From Clostridiales bacterium DTU032 (GTDB lineage Bacteria; Bacillota; Clostridia; Saccharofermentanales; DTU023), in the NCBI GenBank assembly GCA_001512745.1, contig LFSM01000060.1, positions 4,493-68,492 of the forward strand: 64,000 nt of DNA, read 5' to 3'. Below the pieces are notes generated by a model. It saw only the letters and a list, made by a program, of their open reading frames with translations, did no database searches and was not told the DNA's origin. The translations under genes were made by a program, and so were the position numbers. Shown here piece after piece: positions 58,096 through 64,000 of this stretch; position 1 is the stretch's first letter, and each line of letters begins with the position of its first letter.

Positions 58096-58410
58096 ATGGA
58101 CAGTAACAGAATATTGGAGCATCCGATACTGGAATTTACTGAGGGCGAAGATCTGCCCTTTAGTTTTGACGGCAGGCAACTTGTGGGCAAGTCCGGTGAT
58201 ACTATAGCTTCAGCTTTGCACGCTGCCGGAGTGCGAGTACTGGGCCATCATTTCAAGACCGGCCGGCCGCGTGGCTTTTATTGTGCCATCGGTAACTGCT
58301 CGTCATGTCTGATGATTGTCAACGGTGTGCCTAACGTACGTGTTTGTGTCGAGCCCTTGCAGGCAGGCATGGTCGTATGTTCCCAGAATGACAGGGGGGT
58401 CTTGCCATGA
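58096..58410 (+). CDS. Small [2Fe-2S] subunit (HcnA / sarcosine oxidase alpha N-terminal-like)
   Basis: The Cys pattern C-x4-C-x2-C-x12-C occurs in FYCAIGNCSSCLMIVNGVPNVRVC. The protein is 104 aa. Confidence 0.8.
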   Translation: MDSNRILEHPILEFTEGEDLPFSFDGRQLVGKSGDTIASALHAAGVRVLGHHFKTGRPRGFYCAIGNCSSCLMIVNGVPNVRVCVEPLQAGMVVCSQNDRGVLP

Positions 58411-59492
58411 TTTCTCTGCCGCTCTTAATAGTGGGAGCCGGTCCGGCAGGATTATGTGCTGCATACAGGGCAGCAGAGGCCGGAGTTGATGTGCTGATTC
58501 TCGAACGAGCGCAGAAAGCTGGCGGCCAGCTGGTGAAGCAAACACACAAATTTTTCGGATCTGAGAAGCAATTCGCATCTACTCGCGGCATCGAAATTGC
58601 GAAAATTTTGACTAATCGGCTGCAGGGGCTGCCGGGACGTGTCCGGCTGCAAACAGATGCGACAGTCCTTGGCTTTTATGAGGATGGTGTAGTTACCGCT
58701 CAGGTCCAGGGCCAGTTTATGAAATATCGTCCGGACTGCTGCATAGTGGCAACAGGAGCTTCAGAGAAAACTCTGGCTTTTGCCGGAAATGATCTGCCAG
58801 GTGTCTATGGTGCCGGTGCTGTGCAGACCCTGATGAACGAATACGGAGTACGTCCCGGAAATCGAGTTCTGATGATAGGTGCAGGCAATATTGGCCTGAT
58901 CGTTTCATATCAGTTGTTGCAGGCCGGCGTGAAGCTGGCAGCAGTTTTGGATGCAGCCGACGAAATTGGCGGTTATCTGGTTCACGCCAGTAAAATCCGC
59001 CGGGCCGGTGTCCCAATTTTAACGCGGCATACAGTTGAAAGAGCTTATGGCAATGAAAAAGTAGAACACGCTATTATTCATGCTTTAGATGATGAGTGGA
59101 AGAAAATACCGGGGAGTGAACAGCAGCTGGATGTGGATGTTATCTGTATTGCAGTCGGCCTTTCACCTCTGGCTGACCTGCTGTGGCAGGCTGAAGTAAA
59201 AATGAAATATATTGCTGCTTTGGGCGGTTATGTGCCCCTGCGTGACGCCGATATGATGACTTCAGCAAAAGGTCTTTATATCGCAGGTGATGTTGCCGGC
59301 ATAGAAGAGGCCAGTTCAGCCATGGTTGAGGGCGAAATTGCCGGTATTGCCGCAACGCAGCGTTTAGGCTTTTCCACTGAAAAGAGTGAGCTTTTGAAAA
59401 AGGATTGTCTGCAACAACTGCGTCAGCTGCGGGCAGGTCCCGGCAGTGAAAAGATCAGGACGGGTATGGCCCTGGCCGGAGGCTATGTGTAA
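58407..59492 (+). CDS. FAD/NAD(P)-binding pyridine nucleotide-disulfide oxidoreductase-family subunit (HcnB / archaeal PDH alpha-like)
   Basis: Two dinucleotide-binding motifs, VGAGPAGLCAA and IGAGNIGLIVS, are present. The start overlaps the previous stop (ATGA). Confidence 0.8.
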   Translation: MISLPLLIVGAGPAGLCAAYRAAEAGVDVLILERAQKAGGQLVKQTHKFFGSEKQFASTRGIEIAKILTNRLQGLPGRVRLQTDATVLGFYEDGVVTAQVQGQFMKYRPDCCIVATGASEKTLAFAGNDLPGVYGAGAVQTLMNEYGVRPGNRVLMIGAGNIGLIVSYQLLQAGVKLAAVLDAADEIGGYLVHASKIRRAGVPILTRHTVERAYGNEKVEHAIIHALDDEWKKIPGSEQQLDVDVICIAVGLSPLADLLWQAEVKMKYIAALGGYVPLRDADMMTSAKGLYIAGDVAGIEEASSAMVEGEIAGIAATQRLGFSTEKSELLKKDCLQQLRQLRAGPGSEKIRTGMALAGGYV

Positions 59493-60322
59493 TGAAGACT
59501 AAATTATCACTGCTAAAAAGAGAAGGTCTGGCTACAGCGGACGATCTGAGGGGACGCCTGCCGGGGGAAGATGACAAGAAGAGAGGACCCTACGCGGTTA
59601 TTGAGTGTTTCGAAGAAATACCCTGCAATCCCTGTGTTGTTTCTTGCCGTTTCAATGCTATTTTGCCATTTAAAGATATAAACGATCTCCCCTATGTGGA
59701 CTTTTCTGCCTGCACAGGTTGCGCTGTCTGCGCCCGGGTCTGTCCGGGCCTGGCCATCTTTATTGTTGATGAATCCATGGATGGAGATATGGGCACGATC
59801 ACGCTGCCATATGAGTATTTGCCTTTGCCTGAAAAAGGCTGGCAGGTGCTGGCGAGAGCCCGCGACGGAAGTGCACTCTTCCCGGCCACAGTAGTGCGGG
59901 TAATGAAAGGTGGCAAGGGTAAAACAGCCCTGGTCAGTCTGGAAGTTCCGAAAGAGTATTTGCAGGAAGTACGGTCTTTTACAGTTCCGGAGGAGGAAGA
60001 TTCCGTTCCCTGCAGCTGTGCAGAGTTGGACTTGGCGGAAGAATCTCCTACGGTTTGCCGTTGTGAAGGTGTGGACCTGCAGGAGATCCGCGATTTGATC
60101 GCCCGCGGCTATAAAACTGTGGACGAGATCAAGCACAGAAGCCGGGCCGGCATGGGACCCTGTCAGGGACGCAGCTGCCGGCAGATAATCCTATCTGAAC
60201 TTGCGCGGGATGCGGGAGTTTCACTGGAAGAATTTGAAGCGGGTAGTTTTCGACCGCCAACAACACCGGTTTCAATGGATGTTTTAGCGAAAGGTAGCGA
60301 AGAAGATGCAGAAAACAGCTGA
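59492..60322 (+). CDS. Iron-sulfur subunit: 4Fe-4S ferredoxin motif plus a C-terminal BFD-like [2Fe-2S] domain
   Basis: The motifs CTGCAVCARVCP, CNPCVVSC and CRCEGV...GPCQGRSC are present. The start overlaps the previous stop (TAATG). Confidence 0.75.
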   Translation: MKTKLSLLKREGLATADDLRGRLPGEDDKKRGPYAVIECFEEIPCNPCVVSCRFNAILPFKDINDLPYVDFSACTGCAVCARVCPGLAIFIVDESMDGDMGTITLPYEYLPLPEKGWQVLARARDGSALFPATVVRVMKGGKGKTALVSLEVPKEYLQEVRSFTVPEEEDSVPCSCAELDLAEESPTVCRCEGVDLQEIRDLIARGYKTVDEIKHRSRAGMGPCQGRSCRQIILSELARDAGVSLEEFEAGSFRPPTTPVSMDVLAKGSEEDAENS

Positions 60323-61457
60323 TGTTGCCATCATAGGCGGCGGAATCTCAGGGCTTTCCATTGCTTTCCAGCTTGCTCAGGCGGGTGTGGGCAATATCGC
60401 AATCATCGAGAAAAACTTCCTTGGCAGTGGTGCGACCGGTCGTTGTGGTGCAGGTATCCGCATGCAGTGGGGGACTGAGCTCAACTGCCTTTTATCAAAA
60501 TATTCCTGTGAATTCTATGAACAGGCACATGAGATTTTTCATAATGATATAGATATAGAATTTGAACAGGGCGGCTATCTGATTGGAGCCGGAACAGATG
60601 AAGAGCTGGAGCAGTTTAAGCAGAATATTAAGCTTCAGAATAAGCTGGGTATTGAATCTGTCTTCCTCAGCCCGGAAGAAGCAGGCGAGATCGTGCCTCA
60701 TCTTGACATCAGGCAGATAAAAGGGGCAACTTTCTGCCACAGGGATGGGCATCTGAATCCATTCCGTACGGTAGAGGCCTATGCCGAAGCTGCTAAAAGT
60801 CTGGGTGTCTCGATTTATGAATACACTGAAGTCAGGGATATTCTTCGTGACGGCAATAAACTGAAGGGTGTGCGGACAGATAAGGGAGATATCAATGCGC
60901 CGGTAGTGGTCAATGCAGCGGGTGGCTATTCCGGTTTGATTGCCGATATGGCATCTGTAGATCTGCCGGTATATTCACAACGCCACCAGATCATGGCTAC
61001 TGAGCCGGTTGAGCCCATGCAGGAACCGATGTTCATGGGCTTTTCACTGAATATTTATATTCAACAAGTACCCCATGGCTCATTCATCATGGGCAGAAGC
61101 GATGACAGCGAGCCGACTGATTTGCGTTTGACTTCGTCCTGGCATTTTCTGGAAGAGATGAGCAGAACTTGTACAAGACTTATGCCACGCCTGGGTCAGT
61201 TAAAAATTGTCCGCCAGTGGGCAGGCCTCTACAATATGACGGCGGACGCACAGCCAATTTATGATGAGGCGCCGGAATTACCCAGTTTTTACCATGCAGC
61301 GGGTTTCTCGGGTCACGGCTTTATGCTGGCTCCGGTTACCGGACACGTAATAGCGAAAAGAATTCTGGGAGAGAAGCCGGATATAGATGTAAGCAGTCTG
61401 AATGTCAGCCGCTTCAAAGAGGGCGGACTCCTGCCGACAGAAAGCTCGGTTGTCTGA
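60306..61457 (+). CDS. FAD-dependent amino-acid dehydrogenase/oxidase subunit (DAO family; sarcosine oxidase beta / HcnC / PDH beta-like)
   Basis: The N-terminal motif VAIIGGGISGLS is present. The protein is ~383 aa and the gene overlaps its upstream neighbour by 17 nt. Confidence 0.8.
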   Translation: MQKTADVAIIGGGISGLSIAFQLAQAGVGNIAIIEKNFLGSGATGRCGAGIRMQWGTELNCLLSKYSCEFYEQAHEIFHNDIDIEFEQGGYLIGAGTDEELEQFKQNIKLQNKLGIESVFLSPEEAGEIVPHLDIRQIKGATFCHRDGHLNPFRTVEAYAEAAKSLGVSIYEYTEVRDILRDGNKLKGVRTDKGDINAPVVVNAAGGYSGLIADMASVDLPVYSQRHQIMATEPVEPMQEPMFMGFSLNIYIQQVPHGSFIMGRSDDSEPTDLRLTSSWHFLEEMSRTCTRLMPRLGQLKIVRQWAGLYNMTADAQPIYDEAPELPSFYHAAGFSGHGFMLAPVTGHVIAKRILGEKPDIDVSSLNVSRFKEGGLLPTESSVV

Positions 61458-61480
61458 GCATTCCGGAGAGTAAATTTTTG

Positions 61481-61519
61481 AAAAAAAGGCCGCTGACTGT
61501 AGTGATCAGCGGCCTTTTT
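61481..61519. terminator. Bidirectional terminator
   Basis: An A7 tract, the hairpin GGCCGCTGA-ctgtagtga-TCAGCGGCC and a T5 tract are present. Confidence 0.8.
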
Positions 61520-61542
61520 AATAAATAGAATTAGCTGTCTGT

Positions 61543-63171
61543 TTAGATTTCCTGCATGAAGGGATAGCTGATCTCTGCTGAAGGCAACAGGTTTTCTTTG
61601 ATTGTGCGTGGGCTGACCCAACGCAGCAGATTTAACACACTACCGGCTTTATCATTGGTGCCGGAGGCTCTGGACCCGCCAAAGGGCTGTTGTCCCACGA
61701 CTGCTCCGGTGGGTTTATCATTTATGTAAAAATTGCCGGCGGAATGAAGCAGGGCTTTTTCCATTTCGACCAGGGCTGCTCTGTCCTGAGCGAAAATAGC
61801 ACCGGTCAGCGCATAGGGTGAAGTTTTGTCGCACAGGGACAGGGTTTCTTCCAGTTTTTCATCCTCATAGACATAAATAGTTAAAACCGGCCCGAAGAGC
61901 TCTTCCTGCATGGTTACATAATCCGGTTTTTTGGCCAAAATCACGCTAGGGGAGATAAAATAACCAACACTGTCGTCGTAGCTGCCGGTCAGAAGTTCAG
62001 CGTCATCCGAGACTCTCGCATTATCAATTGCTGTTGTGATTTTTGTAAAGGCTTTGCGGTCAATTACAGCTGAGAGGAAATTTGAGAAATCCCTGACATC
62101 ACCCATCTTTAGTTCCTTGATCTTTTGCATAAGTTTATCTTTAAGATCGGGCCAGATACTTTTTGGTATATAGGCGCGGGAAGCGGCTGAGCATTTCTGG
62201 CCCTGGTATTCAAAAGCGCCTCTTACCAGTGCCGCCAGCAAACTGTCGCTATCAGCGGTAGGATGCGCGAAGATATAATCTTTGCCACCGGTTTCTCCGA
62301 CCAGACGCGGGTACTGATTGTAGTTGCCGATGTTTTCACCGACAAGTTTGAAAACACTCTGAAATACTGCTGTTGAACCGGTGAAGTGGAAACCGGCCAG
62401 ATTGGGATCTTTGAGTATATACTCTTCAACATCTTTACCGCGGGAAGGCAGAAAAGAGATAACTCCCGGTGGCAAACCTGCTTCCAGAAGAATCCGGTAG
62501 ACATAATAATTTGACAGGCTTGCAGTACGTGCAGGTTTCCAGATCACCGTATTGCCCATCAAAGCGGGGGCTATAGCCAGATTCCCGCCGATAGAGGTGA
62601 AATTAAAAGGAGATATCGCCATGACAAAGCCGTCCAGAGGCCGATATTCCTGGCGGTTCCATACTCCGGGAATGCTCATGGGCTGCTGTTTGTATATCTC
62701 TTCAGCACAGGAAACGCCATAACGAAGGAAATCACAGAGCTCACAGGCAGCGTCGATTTCTGCCTGCATTACGGTTTTGCTCTGGCCCAGCATGGTGGCT
62801 GCATTTACGCGGTCGCGCCAGGGGCCGGCCAGCAGGTCTGCTGCTTTAAGAAAAATTGCAGCCCTGTGCTCGAAAGGCATCGCTGCCCAAGCGGCCTTAC
62901 TCTCCATGGCCGTTTGGATCGCTTCTTTCATTTCGGCCTGGCCTGCCAGATGTGCAGTAGCCAGGACATGTTGATGCTGATGTGGCATCACAATGGTATC
63001 CGTATCAGCGGTGAAGATTTCCTTTCCGCCAATAACTAGCGGAATGTCTATAGTCATCTTGCTCTGGCGATCCAGTTCAAGCTTAAGAGTTTCTCTGGCT
63101 TTGCTGCCAGGTTCATAGCTTAGAATTTTTTCATTACGGGCTTCCGGCACTTTAAAAATGGCATTGTTCAT
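61543..63171 (-). CDS. pruA: L-glutamate gamma-semialdehyde (1-pyrroline-5-carboxylate) dehydrogenase, long ALDH4-like form
   Basis: ALDH motifs ETGGKD and EYQGQKCSA (catalytic Cys) and the P5CDH-typical GAVVGQQPFGGSRASGTNDKAG are present. Confidence 0.85.
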   Translation of the reverse strand: MNNAIFKVPEARNEKILSYEPGSKARETLKLELDRQSKMTIDIPLVIGGKEIFTADTDTIVMPHQHQHVLATAHLAGQAEMKEAIQTAMESKAAWAAMPFEHRAAIFLKAADLLAGPWRDRVNAATMLGQSKTVMQAEIDAACELCDFLRYGVSCAEEIYKQQPMSIPGVWNRQEYRPLDGFVMAISPFNFTSIGGNLAIAPALMGNTVIWKPARTASLSNYYVYRILLEAGLPPGVISFLPSRGKDVEEYILKDPNLAGFHFTGSTAVFQSVFKLVGENIGNYNQYPRLVGETGGKDYIFAHPTADSDSLLAALVRGAFEYQGQKCSAASRAYIPKSIWPDLKDKLMQKIKELKMGDVRDFSNFLSAVIDRKAFTKITTAIDNARVSDDAELLTGSYDDSVGYFISPSVILAKKPDYVTMQEELFGPVLTIYVYEDEKLEETLSLCDKTSPYALTGAIFAQDRAALVEMEKALLHSAGNFYINDKPTGAVVGQQPFGGSRASGTNDKAGSVLNLLRWVSPRTIKENLLPSAEISYPFMQEI

Positions 63172-63294
63172 GTTTCCCTCCCTGCGGCTTGAATAATTGG
63201 CGAAAAACTGTAGCCGTCTAGCTATAATGCTAACATAACAAGTGAGTTTTCAGCTCCAGTCCCTTATCAGCGGTGATTAGATTGAGGTTAGCAA

Positions 63295-63936
63295 ATGAAG
63301 CATGAAAAAGAGAGTAATTCTGATGGTAAAGGTCTTGTTTATTTCATCCGCCATGGACTAACCCAGGCTAATCTGGAGCGAAAGTATATTGGTAGCCGCT
63401 GCGACCCCGGCATAACAGAAGACAGCAAACAATTAATTACAGAAAGAGTCCGCAAAGGAGAGGTTCCCGACATAAACAGCCTCTGGGTTTCTCCCATGCG
63501 CAGGGCTCTTGAGACTGCAAGTTTATACTTTCCCCACATAGATGCTCTTATTTTAGATGATATAAAGGAACGAGATTTCGGCATCTGGGACGGACATAGC
63601 TGGGAAGATCTCAAGGACATCAAACCATATCGTCGTTTTATAGATACTGGGGGACGGGTCACACCACCTGAAGGGGAGACATATGAAGACTATGCGAAAC
63701 GACTTGACTCTGTCCTGGAGCGGATAAGAAAATTGATCTGTGAAGAAGCCGGCTATTTTCCTCTGGCGATTGTCGGTCATGGAGGTCCTGTTCTTTACTG
63801 GACCAGTAAATTATTCAAAAAAGGTGATGAATTTCATAATTATATTCTTCCCGGTGCAGGATGCCTTGCGATCGAAGTAACTGCTGACCTTGTAATTACT
63901 TCTGTATATGATTTTTATTCTAAAAGCAGAGATTGA
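63295..63936 (+). CDS. Histidine phosphatase family protein (PGM/CobC-like)
   Basis: The RHG motif YFIRHGLTQAN and the distal His in VGHGG are present. Confidence 0.8.
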   Translation: MKHEKESNSDGKGLVYFIRHGLTQANLERKYIGSRCDPGITEDSKQLITERVRKGEVPDINSLWVSPMRRALETASLYFPHIDALILDDIKERDFGIWDGHSWEDLKDIKPYRRFIDTGGRVTPPEGETYEDYAKRLDSVLERIRKLICEEAGYFPLAIVGHGGPVLYWTSKLFKKGDEFHNYILPGAGCLAIEVTADLVITSVYDFYSKSRD

Positions 63937-64000
63937 TTATTTGTCCCGGTCAGGTTACGGGACCTGGCCTTGGCGTAACGTTTTTGGAGGCGACGAAAGA

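Noticed and set aside
59513-60136. 207-aa minus-strand ORF within the Fe-S subunit gene
   Set aside because: It is antisense to a gene with clear 4Fe-4S and BFD-like Cys motifs. It is a shadow ORF.
1-64000. CRISPR arrays, rRNA genes, known defence systems (RM, CBASS, retron, Abi, TA pairs)
   Set aside because: No direct-repeat/spacer periodicity, no rRNA-like stretches and no nuclease, methylase, reverse transcriptase or cyclase signatures were seen in any credible ORF. The only RNA gene found is tRNA-Ser.

Overview
This is a 64-kb chromosomal segment from a mid-GC, Firmicutes/Clostridia-like bacterium. That assignment rests on gene content only: cdaA-glmM, an ECF-type RibU behind an FMN riboswitch, ThiXYZ behind a TPP riboswitch, frequent GGAGG RBSs, and TTG/GTG starts. 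About 60 credible CDS are present, mostly housekeeping, densely packed and often translationally coupled (ATGA/TAATG overlaps).

Content from left to right:
- A tandem FtsX/DUF1430-like permease pair plus an ABC ATPase.
- An EndoIII-related gene abutting a small mobile remnant: a frameshifted TnpX-like large serine recombinase plus tnpV.
- A Q/P/Y-repeat membrane protein.
- A 7-kb polyamine cluster carrying both spermidine routes (speD-speA-speE-speB plus CASDH-nspC), followed by a MATE pump.
- 5-formyl-THF cyclo-ligase, hflX, plsC and tadA.
- Two zinc-ribbon membrane proteins, the second coupled to an ABC-2 transporter.
- An M16 peptidase, tRNA-Ser(GGA), leuS, mreB, and rho with an N-terminal insertion.
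- A DUF47 protein, mscS, an orphan citC, trkAH, trxA and nnr.
- A cdaA-ybbR fusion, glmM and a degenerate amidase.
- An operon of hppA, a DUF1538-like membrane protein and a triple P-II-like protein.
- A four-gene HcnABC/archaeal-PDH-like flavo-iron-sulfur dehydrogenase next to P5C dehydrogenase.
- A histidine phosphatase.

No CRISPR array, rRNA or recognisable defence system was seen. The most unusual item is the membrane-pyrophosphatase / DUF1538 / single-chain triple-P-II operon (53019-57616). All family names are recalled from motif recognition. No database search was run.
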